Shown here one piece after another: positions 52,355 to 63,015 of a stretch of DNA of 64,000 nucleotides (positions within the stretch are counted from its first letter, which is position 1; the number at the start of each line of letters is the position of its first letter). The translations under genes were made by a program, and so were the position numbers. Location: positions 6,758,001 through 6,822,000 of the forward strand of contig CM102285.1 of assembly GCA_046563655.1 (NCBI GenBank), read 5' to 3'. Below the pieces are notes generated by a model that saw nothing but the letters and a program-made list of their open reading frames with translations, was not told the origin of the DNA and did not search any database. Source of the DNA: Yuukianura sp. NJ FZ-2021 (lineage: Eukaryota).

Positions 52355-55189
52355 TTAACGGAAACTTAATTCATGTGACTGTTTTTGTAGTAGTGCTTTC
52401 TTCAATTTGGTTTTAAAACTAGAGTAAGTAACGGCTTTCTTAATGTTATCATCTAAATTATTCCATAACATAAGTGATTTAGAGTGAAATGTAGAGATGC
52501 CATACTTTCCCTGAATCGTGACAACAAATTTACTCTTCGCTGATGACGTTGGGTACCTATGGATGTCTGTAATTGGCTTATAATACGATTCCAATGTTTG
52601 AATTTGTTTATCAGTTACCAGCTTATACGTAAGACAAAGGACTTTGAACTCATACAAAAATTTTGGAAAAAGCCATTTCAGAGAGTCTGTTATCTCCTCT
52701 GAAATGGTTTCAAACTTTCTTTTGCCAGTTACCAACCTTCCCATCGCTCTAATTACTTTCTCTACTTTCTTTTTATTTTTGATTGTCGTCTCTCCCCACA
52801 GAACTATCATGTATTGTAAAACAGAATATACAGCAGCTTCGACTATAACTTTCTTTGATTTGAAAGAGAAATATTCTTTCACACTAAAAATTTTGCTTAA
52901 AACTGCGAAACAGTTTTTTACCACATTGTCCACTTGTATGTTCCACTTAAAATCAGGCTCTAGGATTAATCCTAAGCACTTTATAGTTTCACTCACAGCA
53001 ATTTCAATTTCACCAACTTTGATTACGAAACTTCCAAATCTTTCTCGTTGTATTTTTGACCCAAATACTAAGATTTTGGTCTTCTCTTTATTTAAAATCA
53101 AAACATTTTCTTGCAACCATTCAGAAATTCTTTCCATTTCGAAATTAATATTTTCGATAAGACTTTCCTTTTGATCCCAATCTCCTACAAAGAGTAAATT
53201 GGTATCATCTACAAAAATCTGAGGTTCAGCATGTTTTAATATTTTGACAAGGTCGTTAATATAAAAAGTGAAAAATATTGGTCCAAGAACACTTCCTTGT
53301 ATAAGTCCAGTCAGGTTCTCATTAATCTTTGATCTCCTATTATTGATCTCAACAAATTGATTCCTTTCATTGAAATAATTTCGTATCCAAAAATCAGATA
53401 TCTGAAAAAATTTTTGTATTTTTTCCAAGAACTTTTCCCGATGTACAGTTGGGAATGCATTTTTTAGATCAATACTGACCAAAACACATGCTTTTCCTTT
53501 GTCCATATATTTCTTAATTTTGTCTACTGTCATGATTAGAGCATGTTCAGTAGAGTGGTGTTTACGGCACCCAAATTGATTCTCTGTAAGTACTTTTCGC
53601 TTGTTAACGTGCTCCAGGACTTTATTAGCATAAATTTTTTCCAATAAAATCAGAAGAAAGTGAGAAATTCCAATTGGTCTAAAATCTTTAAAAGCTTTGG
53701 CGTCTTTAACTTTTGGGATAGGACAAATCCTTGTAGTTTTCAGTAGTTTAGGAACTACGCCTGTTTCAAAGCTTATATTGCAGAAACTTGTTAGTGCATC
53801 CAAAAAACTGTGACAGTTGATCAGCACATTAATCATTCTTTTACTTATTTGCAATTCTTCCACTTGCGACTTTCTATTTCGCATTCTTTTCCACGCAAAT
53901 TTAACTTCCTCTGTCGTCACCTCCTTGACAAAAAACAATTGACTGTCCTCTGGTGGTCTAACCGCTACTTTCGTAGACACAGTTAAATATGGATTTACGT
54001 TTTCAGGGAAAGCATTTTTTATGTAAAAGTCGTTAAGTTGATCCACATCGAAGTTGACTTCCTTGTTTAAGGCATGTCTTTGTTTTAATTGAAAATTGAA
54101 TTCATTCTTTAAGACATTCCATACGTTGCTTTTTTCGATTTCGAGTTTTACTCTTTCGGAAACTTGGCTTTTTATCTTCATTTTAACCAAGTTTTTATTT
54201 TCTCTTAACTGATTCTTCAGTGAAAGTACTTTAGTTGATCTGTAGTTTTTATACAATTCTCTGCCTTTGCGTATTAATTCAAGAATCTCTTTGGTTGGTT
54301 TTGCACCTTCAGAGTTTCTTCCCAATTTAATTCTCCTTTTTAATGGAGTTACTTGATCGAAAACGTTTGTCGTGTCTTTAATTAAAGCATTCAATACTTC
54401 ATCAACATTAGTTAATTCAGTACCAAAGGTAGTTTGAGCAACAATTTCATTTAACTTCATCAAGTCTAAGTCTTTAAAATCTCTGTAAAGTTCGAACTCT
54501 TTACTTTTTTTTTCTGATCCAACTGTAAACGAAACTTTCGAAAGGTTGTGATCAGAAATACCATAATCACTAACCTTGACTTTATAATCAGTAACAGAAT
54601 TCGTGATAATTACGTCAAGAATTGCTCTTTCTCTTGTTGGATGACTAACCAACTGCTTTAAGTCCATCCGGTTAACCAGATTGACCAGTTGATTTGTTTG
54701 TGAGCAATCTTGCAATAAGTCACGATTCAAGTCACCAATAACCCAGAAAGATTTGTTTGTCATTTTTAGTTGAAATAGAATTTCTTCTAAATTGTGCATG
54801 TCATTTTTGTTGTTCTTGTTCGGAATGTACACAGCACATACCAAAAAACTGCTCGTGAAGTTGACTTGAAAATTCATACATAAAAACTCTATTGCAGACG
54901 GCTGCTTGAAATTATTTTTGCTTAGTTCAAAGTCCCATGTTTTAAAACTGTTTTTAAAAAGAATCCCTACTCCTCCTCCAGTACTATCCCTATCTTTTCT
55001 TGAAAGTACGTAACCCCTGGGAACTAAACATTCCGATTTCTTCTTTAACCATGTTTCTGTTGTGACTAGTATATCTATCTCTTCAGCATGTAAAATAACC
55101 TCTACATGTTTCATTTTGTTATAAATAGCCCTTACGTTCTGGTTTCCTATGTTAATATTTTTGATTCTTCGGTTTTTGCTATCATGTAG
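52355..55189 (-). CDS. LINE ORF2: APE endonuclease plus reverse transcriptase, intact
   Basis: NIGNQNVRAI (upstream of the first ATG at 55114), VTTETWL, GGGVGI, IGDLN, HPTR, ILDVII, ISDH; RT motifs FRPIG, QFGCRKHHST, IDLKNAFPTV, QGSVLGP, FVDDT. Confidence 0.93.
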   Translation of the reverse strand, partial: LHDSKNRRIKNINIGNQNVRAIYNKMKHVEVILHAEEIDILVTTETWLKKKSECLVPRGYVLSRKDRDSTGGGVGILFKNSFKTWDFELSKNNFKQPSAIEFLCMNFQVNFTSSFLVCAVYIPNKNNKNDMHNLEEILFQLKMTNKSFWVIGDLNRDLLQDCSQTNQLVNLVNRMDLKQLVSHPTRERAILDVIITNSVTDYKVKVSDYGISDHNLSKVSFTVGSEKKSKEFELYRDFKDLDLMKLNEIVAQTTFGTELTNVDEVLNALIKDTTNVFDQVTPLKRRIKLGRNSEGAKPTKEILELIRKGRELYKNYRSTKVLSLKNQLRENKNLVKMKIKSQVSERVKLEIEKSNVWNVLKNEFNFQLKQRHALNKEVNFDVDQLNDFYIKNAFPENVNPYLTVSTKVAVRPPEDSQLFFVKEVTTEEVKFAWKRMRNRKSQVEELQISKRMINVLINCHSFLDALTSFCNISFETGVVPKLLKTTRICPIPKVKDAKAFKDFRPIGISHFLLILLEKIYANKVLEHVNKRKVLTENQFGCRKHHSTEHALIMTVDKIKKYMDKGKACVLVSIDLKNAFPTVHREKFLEKIQKFFQISDFWIRNYFNERNQFVEINNRRSKINENLTGLIQGSVLGPIFFTFYINDLVKILKHAEPQIFVDDTNLLFVGDWDQKESLIENINFEMERISEWLQENVLILNKEKTKILVFGSKIQRERFGSFVIKVGEIEIAVSETIKCLGLILEPDFKWNIQVDNVVKNCFAVLSKIFSVKEYFSFKSKKVIVEAAVYSVLQYMIVLWGETTIKNKKKVEKVIRAMGRLVTGKRKFETISEEITDSLKWLFPKFLYEFKVLCLTYKLVTDKQIQTLESYYKPITDIHRYPTSSAKSKFVVTIQGKYGISTFHSKSLMLWNNLDDNIKKAVTYSSFKTKLKKALLQKQSHELSFR

Positions 55190-55690
55190 TCAGATGTCCA
55201 TGACCTCGGATGACCTCCTAGCCCGTGATTCTGCCCCTCCTTGAAGATTTGATGCTGTCGCTGCTGCATAACTTCTCCTTTCCGTTGTAGGCTCCGTTAT
55301 TTCTCGTTCCAATTGAATCAATGCTCCATCGGTTGACATAGTAAAAGGAACTCCATTGATGATGACCTTATCTCCTGCTAATCTTGCATTTTTCCCGCTT
55401 GCTCTAGCCTTTGCTGCCTCTGCACGTAGAAATTTTCGTCTAGCCAAAGTGTTCGGTGGTAAATCTTCATTCAAGGAGATACTGCATTTTTTTGCTGTAG
55501 AATTGCTCTCTTCTGAAGTATTTTGACACGATCAGTTTCGGTGAAGAGTTTGAACTTAATTGGGCGATTTTTGTCTCTCAATTTTTTTCCCAAACGAAAA
55601 CACTGATCAATGTGTACCTCCTCCTCAATTTCAATGACTTCCCGGAAGAACTTTTGTAGAACAAGGTTCAATTCCAATTCTGATTCTTCG

Positions 55691-57555
55691 TTTTAGTCTT
55701 CTGGAGACGCATGTCTACGACATGCTGAAGAAGACTATTGATACGACTTTGTCCGTCTGTCCGTCCGTCACACTTTTTAGGAGCTTTTGCACTGAAACTT
55801 AAGCTCTATCGCAGTCGGGGGGTTATCTACGGCTCAAGTGTTTTCTTTACCTCTACATTGCACTCAAAGTGTTAGATTAACAACGTAGAAGTGGGCGGCC
55901 ACTTTACGCACACGCAGTGTTGTCGTTTCCCGATATTTTTTGGTTTCGATTATACTCAAAATTTATTTAAACAACGAAGATTTGACCCTGTCATTTGCTG
56001 ACAGTATGTTTATTCACGTTGTTAATTTAAACCTAGTTAGAGCGTAGAAATTCCGGCTTAAATTCGTAATATGTAAACAGCGAATGGGAGGGTTCAAATT
56101 TGCATTAACAATAAATTTTTATAATTTTGATTATAAACAAGCGATTTTCGGTTTAATAGCTTATGCTCTTAATTTCATTTAAAAGAAGGAATATTCGACC
56201 CATCCTTCTCAGCGTTCAAATTTTGTGCATCATGCACACATCTCAATTTCAACATCATTATTTTGAGGCTGTTTGGTTTACGCTCTTTTCGCTAATAGTC
56301 AATTGCCATGGCAACATCGACAATACGTTATGTGCATCTTCCTCAACAAATTAAGAACATCAATCAGAGGTGGTAGCCTGCAGGTAAACCTGCGCAGGTT
56401 GCAGGCCAACCTGCAGCCCGTGCAGGCGGGCTCAACCTGTGGTGGATTTTTGCAGGCTGCAGGCGTGCAGGTTTTTATTTGGAAATGTTGCAGGCGGGTG
56501 GGTTCGGCCTGCAATGCTCTGCAGGCGCCTGCAGGAGCCTGCATTTGGCCTGCAGGCTGCGGGTTGTGATTTTTTGAGAGTTTTATTCTCAGAAACTTCA
56601 AGAAAAGACAGAAACGAATAGAAAAAATTACTTTGGAATGTTGAAGAATTAAAGTCAATGGAACTATGCAAACTTTTTGCTGCACATTAGTTGCACTACA
56701 GGGCCTTTAAACAATAAATAATGAATCCGGAGGCAGAAATATGGTTAAGTAAAGTTGGCGTTACACTTGCCCGTGTAGGCAACGCAAGATTTGACAGTAA
56801 TAACTTTTGAAGATTTTTTTATGTGCAAGGATCCAGAATTTTTAAAAGGTAAACAAACCAAAAGTAAGGTAGCAGTGTCGTAAAACAATTTATTACTAGG
56901 AATTTTTCTCCCTACGTGTTTGGAAAGGACAACCGACAGATAATCGAGGGTGATTGAGTAATTGCCATTATACGCAAACGAATTTACGCAGTAGTTGTAA
57001 GTGTCTATTAAAATTTTCGCAGATTACAGTTCGTATAAAAAATTGCAGGCTAACTGCAGGCAGCCTGCGCAGGCTGCAGGCTGGCCTGCCGAAGAGCCTT
57101 GCAGGTGCAGGCGTGCAGGCTGCCGATTTTCGATAATTTTGCAGGCTGCAGGCGTGCAGGCTAAAAATTCCTGCAGTGCAGGCGGGGCAGGTTGGGGAAA
57201 ATAGTTGCAGGCTACCACCTCTGACATCAATTAAAAACGATGTTCGACACCTTCTCTTCAACGTTCAATTTTGTGCATTTTGTGCACAACAAATTAACAA
57301 CATCAATTCAGTGCAGATATTTTCGGCCTCAAAACATGACGGTAAAATTGCCAAGGCAATTTTGGTGCAACTCATGCATAAAGGAGGATCTCACATTCGC
57401 ACGGAAAATTTTCAGTGACGTTTTAGAGCTTTAATTTCATGAAAACGGTTTCTCTGTACGCCCACAGTTTTGCGGTAGGCAGGTCTAAATGTCGTATCAA
57501 TTGTCAACTGCCTCCAGAAGACCAATGCTCAACCCTTGAGCATTGCCCTACCTTG
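55691..57555 (+). mobile_element. HINE/DINE-1-like element inserted in LINE ORF1
   Basis: TTTTAGTCTTCTGGAGACG..., (GTCC/GTCT)n microsatellite at ~55751, 3' CTCCAGAAGAC plus hairpin ATGCTCAACCCTTGAGCAT. Confidence 0.75.
56365..57223. mobile_element. hAT-like MITE with TGCAGG subterminal repeats
   Basis: TIR CAGAGGTGGTAGCCTGCA; 8-bp TSD ACATCAAT (56357-56364, 57224-57231). Confidence 0.88.
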
Positions 57556-58275
57556 TTCTTCTTTTAGCCCAATCACAATCAAATTAAGCTTTCTGGCTTG
57601 AATGTCAATTAGTTCCACACTTCTTTGTAGTGCTGACACATTTTTCTCAGTAACTGATTCTTTAACTTCAATTGCTTTCACACGATCCTTCGTTTCACTT
57701 AGATCTTTGCTAAGTTTGTCCACAGTTTGTGTTAAGGTGGTGACCTGCTGCGTAATTCGATCAACTCCATCTTGAACTATTTGCGCGATACTGTTAAGTG
57801 TGAGATTTTGCACTGGATTAAAGTCAGGTACTTGTTGAGTATTTGCTCTTTTCGATTGAGCCGTCTGTTCTTCGTCTTCATCTTCAGTGTCTCTTCCTCT
57901 TTTTGCCTTAGAACCTTTCTTATAAGCCGGCATCTTAGTCTATAAGAGTGACTGACAGTACGTGTGCACGACTTGAAGGCTAATAGGAGACTGAAGACTG
58001 AAGTATTTTCGCTATAAAAGCCGAGCGATATAAGAGTTCACGACTGCCTCGTTTGAGCATTCTGATTTTTTAAATTTTGAATTTTTCTGAGTACCGGTGT
58101 TGCCCGCCTGATATATTCCTATAGCCTCAAATTTTTATCAACGTTTTTCCGTTGCACTCAAGTTGACAAATAGAAAGGGTCTGAATCATCTCGGTTTCTT
58201 TTATTTGATAGGTTAACACTAACACTTTAACTTCTCTTTAAAAATGTATCTTTACTAAACAAAAACTGATTTGTA

Positions 58276-61200
58276 TCATAAGTAATAAATTTCATCCAAT
58301 TCTTTTCCGGGAGTAATAGTTCCGAGGATTGAGGCTGAATTCCCACGTTGAATAGCTATACTAATTCGTTGTAGAAGGAAGGCGGTTGACTTCGGTTCGC
58401 CCGTGTAATCAGTAATACGATGTCCAATGGATTTGATGAGTTTTAAACCTTCGACTCCGAATACTCCTGATGTTTCCACTGCGATGATGGCCACGATGAA
58501 TTCAGTTTCCAAGTCAGCGTAAAGGTTGTGCTTGTGGCTTTCGGCCAGAGAAGCAGCGTGTCCGGAATTCACAGAAGAGGACTGAAGGTAGGATGTAGCG
58601 AAGGTATCGCGACAGGTGAAGTCCCAAGCTAAAGAGCGTCCAGATTTCCAGGAGATGAGGGTGACTCCGTCCGGGCGCTTGCCGTCGCTTCTGGAACATC
58701 CAGGGGGTTCCTTGAGAGATGGTATTCCTGAGGATTGTAAAGCTCTGTAGATCAGGTCATTCACTGAATTGTGTCTTGAAATTCGTCCTGCGCTTTTCTG
58801 ACAACTTAGTCCATGCAGTCCATCACTGGAAACATGAGCTCCGCATTTACAGATGTGAGGTAAACAGATACCACTCCCGAGGCGAAGACAACACGCAATT
58901 CTGAAGCTTTCGTTAGAGAGCAGAGTTCCGATTTGCGGTGCTGGAAGTGCGTTGAGCCAGTCACCAGAGTGGGGAGAAGCAGCAGCGAGCAATCGTGCCT
59001 TGTCACGTAGAGAAGATGTGCTTTGAAGAAGTTGGTTGTAGGAGACCTGGCTAAGTTGAAGATCCCAACAGTGTTGTTCGTTTGTGACTTCAGGAATCAC
59101 TAGACCTTTCTCAATCCATTGCGTAGATGCAAGTTCAAAGGCCTTGTCGAATGGTGAAAGGTCATCTGGTAGCAAGAGTTGAATGAGATTGGAGCAGCTG
59201 TAGATTGAGGCCAAGAATGAGAAAGTAGCACAATCAGCAGCATGACGAATCCCGAGACCCCCCTGAGATACCGGTAGAGATGACTGAAGCCAAGCGTTTT
59301 CGCACAACTTGATGTTCAAGGTATTGGTTAACATTTCTCGGAGAGACAGGTCGTAAGAAATTAGAAGGTCCTCTTCTAAGAACGATGGAAAGCATCGTAG
59401 AAAGTAAAGTAGTTTGGAAGTGGAGATGGATGCTCCTAGAAGAAAAAGTGCAGCATGAGAAGGAATGATTTTGAGTTTAGAAGAAATTTGCTTGAAGTCT
59501 TGAGTCTTTAGTTGAAGGATGCGGCGGCATGAAGCTGTCGTTAACGGTGCGCCAAGTAGTTCCGCCTTTTCTTCGTCACAAATGCCAATATCCGGGGCGA
59601 TGGAACGGAAGCTGGTAACAATTGTTTGATACTCAGACTGGGATGCGTTGATGACGATGATTTCGCACTTTTTGGTGTTGAGTTCCAGGCCGAAGGAAGC
59701 TGCTTTCCTGTCAATTTCTTTCAAATGGTAGAGGACAGAAGCAGGAGAGTCGGCTATTGTAGCGTCGTCTAAGTACCACACATTGAATTCGGACTTGAAG
59801 GAAGTGGCAAGTGGATGAACTGTCAATGCAAACAACGCTGGCCCGAGGGGATCCCCCTGCTGGACACCAAGGCTGGACTTGATGCGTGAGGAACAATAGA
59901 ACAGGTCTGAGTCAGTGGAATAACATTGGGAAACGAAGTGCAGAAAATGCGGAAACTGATTCTTGACAGCTAGCAGCATTTGATCTCGTCTGAGGAGGTT
60001 GAAAGCGTTTTTAAAGTCAAGCTTCAGCATCACCTTCGCAGAGGAGTGTGGCGAGTTGATATAGATTCTAGCAGCATGAGCTACAGATTCGGCCCCATTC
60101 TTGACGCCCACTCATACTTGTGTTGGGCTTAGGTAAGAAGTGAGATCCTTCATCATTCGCGACAAAACAAGCTTCGACACCAGGCCGGGCCAAACTAATC
60201 CAATTGCAATTGGACGAACACCACCATTCTTCTTCTCAATGGCCACAAGAGATGCTCCAAAGAAGAGAGGACGGATGTTTTCGGGCAAAGTTTGGTTTGT
60301 CACGAGATTGCATAAGTTGGTAATGGATGAGAGCAGGTTAGAGCCGGCGTCCCCTGTTGATTTTGAGATCAGTTCCTTGAGAATTTGGGGGCGAAGTAAG
60401 TCCAGACCGCCAGCAGAACCATTTCGGAATGAAGAGATACATTTTGATACTTGCGGTTCTTCAAAACGTGTTTCATCAGAATGAAGTTGATCAAAACGTT
60501 GAGTATGCTCAGGGTGAGGAGGATGTAAGGATTTGAGAGAGTCCAGAGTGGCTTCATTTTCGGGAGCTAAAGCGTCATCAGAGCAGAGTAGACGAACGGC
60601 TCCACTGATGTCACCATCTGCCAGTTTTGAGAGAATCATTGAGGAAATTTTGTGTTCTGAAGGTCCGATTCGTGTCGAGCGAGGCGATGTTTTGAAGTGT
60701 GAAATTGATTGAGCTTCTAGGATTGAGGAAGTGATAAGTTCTGAGATGTTGGAGTTTACCCATTTGGTCAAATTAGTAACATTGTCAGTCTTAGTAGGTG
60801 CAGCAAGCGCGAAGAACGGAAAAAGTAGAAGATTGTGCCAGGATTCGATTGAGTTTGTTGAAATGACGTCGTTGATGAATTTCGACAGACACTCGGCGGT
60901 AGAACGTCGGGCACCTTTTGGAACGTGTTTGAGTAATGGTACTGAACTTTTGAGTTTGGCGAGCGATAATCCAAAGTCATCAATAGAAGAAGTATCGGGC
61001 GTGTCAGACGAAGAGGTAATCCAGGAGATCCCAGTGTACGACCGATCGGCATGTCTACGGCCGCCTGCACGAGTTGTCGTCATATTAGGAAAGAACTTGT
61101 GCAATTTAGATCCCATTGTGGCGTCCACGACTGGACGAATATCCATTGAGTCACAGTAATTTAAGTATTTGTTCTTGAGATCAAGTTTCGAAATGATAGA

Positions 61201-61299
61201 TCCGGAAGAAGCTATGATGTTAGATAAGATCCATTGTTCTGTGAGCTTGACGTTAAGTGATCTGCCGGTTGCGGTAACTGATGAAAAGTCGGAAACTGC
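58276..61299 (-). pseudogene. RFX-like winged helix, reverse transcriptase, Zn knuckle and restriction-like endonuclease; one in-frame TGA at 60112-60114
   Basis: GSAGGLDLLRPQ, KKNGGVRPIAIG, Q(V)*VGV (normally QxGVG), KLDFKNAFN, GVQQGDPLGPALF, WYLDD, GGLGIR, CKC..HGLSC, RHN, RPDG, WDFT, KHNLY, IAVETSG, QRISIAIQRGN. Confidence 0.88.
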
Positions 61300-62340
61300 T
61301 TATCAAATTTACTGCGGTTGTTGTTTCTACCGGCGGGTAATCCGGCGAGTTTTTCATGCGCGAGCACAGACCAAAGAAAGCACTGGTTATGTGAATTTGA
61401 GACAGAGATTTCACTGTTGTCAATATTGAGCAGTGATTTTTTATGTTCAGGCAGTGGAAACGGTGTTTCAATATAAGTTCCCACTTTTGTAAACTGATAC
61501 TTGGCTGTTACAAATCTGAACTCTGAGATATAATCAAGATCCCAACCGCTTCCTTCATGAGTAAAGTCTTCAATTTGGTCAGACATTTCGTGGCACATGA
61601 TTGACCATACACGAGGTAATGACGCTGGTGTGAAAACAAGATGGCGATAAGAAGTAAAGCCGGCGTCCTTGGTTTCAATACTGCCATCTGCATGTGTTTT
61701 GAAGAAGCGACACTTCAAGGAAAAGAAAACTCTCACATTTTTCCACTTTTTGAGATCATTTTCAATGTTATCAAACGATGATTGTTGTACACTGTTGAAA
61801 AAGTCACGCTCATCGAATCCGCTGCCGCACTGGAATTTCTCAAACTCTGCCAAGTACTTTGTGCACATATTAAGAGAAGTAAGAACAGGTTTCACCAAAA
61901 TTAGTTCCATAGCCGACGGCTGTATTCCTCCAGTTTGAACACTATAAAAGTCTGGATGCATATTGTGAAAATGTTCTTGCAGCTTATCGCGACAGTTGAA
62001 TGATAAACCACAAGGGGGACGGACACAGTAGTTCTCGATACACTTGAAGGATTTCACGGTTTACTGGAAGCGAAGCGGGTTCCTGGAAATCTTGATCGTG
62101 ACGCTCATTGAAGTGGTGGTCCAACTCGTCTTGGGAGAAGAATACAGCAAAGCACACACAACACTCGAAATTCGCCAACTTGCCACAAGGTAACTGACGA
62201 AAGTCATCGTCATGGCAACTAACGTGTATTGTCAAGTCTTTTTTCTTATAGAACTTCACCCCACATATAGGGCACTCGTGATTTCTAACACAAATTTGCT
62301 TTGAGGAGCTAGCAACTGGTGACGCTGACCGTTTTGACAT
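61300..62340 (-). pseudogene. N-terminus of a Polinton protein-primed DNA polymerase B polyprotein (3 C2H2 fingers, GSGW domain, start of the CF(L)W Cys-protease-like domain); frameshift at ~62057, truncated
   Basis: CPIC..HVSCH, CCVC..HFNERH, C..C..HFHNMH, QTGG, IEDFTHEGSGWDLDYI..KY..GTYIETP..KKSLLNIDN..NQCFLWSVLA, which matches the Polinton polB N-terminal pattern from memory. Confidence 0.7.
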
Positions 62341-63015
62341 TTTGAATTTAATACTATTGAATTAAGGTCGAAATTCGACTGTGTTGGAAGAAGGACAAGT
62401 TTGGACTGAGTCCCTTGTTTGAAGAACATTTCATATGTATATGTTAAAGATTGCGCGTGTAAAAACTCTGCATATTTTCGTTCTGTTTTGTCAAATCGCC
62501 TCGGGTGTTGGAAATTCCAATCTCAAAATACTCTCAAAAAGGAGGGGGAGACTGTCCACGTCTAAAACTATGTATCGCAGTCACATTCAGTTCATCATAG
62601 CAATAAGAATCCATGTGGTTTTTCATCCTCCTCCAATATCGCGCGCAACGTATTAGGTTAACTGATCATACGTTCATATTTTTAAAGAAAAACTTATTAG
62701 TTTTGTTTGGTCTTTTTATTATACAAAATCATCTCAATTAACTTAATCTAAATAATAACTATATTTTTCATACATTTTGTTTTTTATTTATTATCTTATT
62801 GAAATTAAAATTAAGTGATTGACTTTTTCATTGTCAACATTTTTCGTCGACTATTTTCTTGTTAACATTTTGTATTTTATAATTTATTGGGGAGTGGGGA
62901 TTTCTATAGGCTGAGAATATTTTTAGGTTTTTTCCCCTCCCCAATATTGTGCCCGACTAGCCCCCGCGGCTGAGCTAAAAATAAATTGAGCAAAGTCACC
63001 CTCGAACACTCTACT
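61300..63015 (-). mobile_element. Truncated Polinton end inserted in the retrotransposon repeat array
   Basis: Minus strand begins AGTAGAGTGTTCGAGGGTGACT exactly where a repeat unit breaks; AT-rich leader; ORF resembling the pPolB N-terminus; no second end. Confidence 0.6.

Larger units (their letters stand above)
55190..57933 (-). pseudogene. LINE ORF1 (coiled-coil plus RRM-like), interrupted by a HINE (55691-57555) and an A-run frameshift at ~55490
   Basis: MPAYKKG...coiled coil...ARKLNLIVIGLKEE | ESELELNL...CFRLGKK..NRPIKFKL | NEDLPPNTLARRKFLR..DKVIING. Confidence 0.8.
52132..58001 (-). mobile_element. Full-length LINE (CR1/L2-group-like) inserted in the satellite
   Basis: Poly(A) tail (T-run 52132-52147) preceded by AATAAA; ORF1 and APE-RT ORF2; the satellite unit resumes in register at 58002. 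Confidence 0.9.

Noticed and set aside
60112..60114. Programmed readthrough or selenocysteine TGA in the CRE-like RT
   Set aside because: It falls at the conserved Gly of QxGVG; a GGA>TGA nonsense mutation is simpler.
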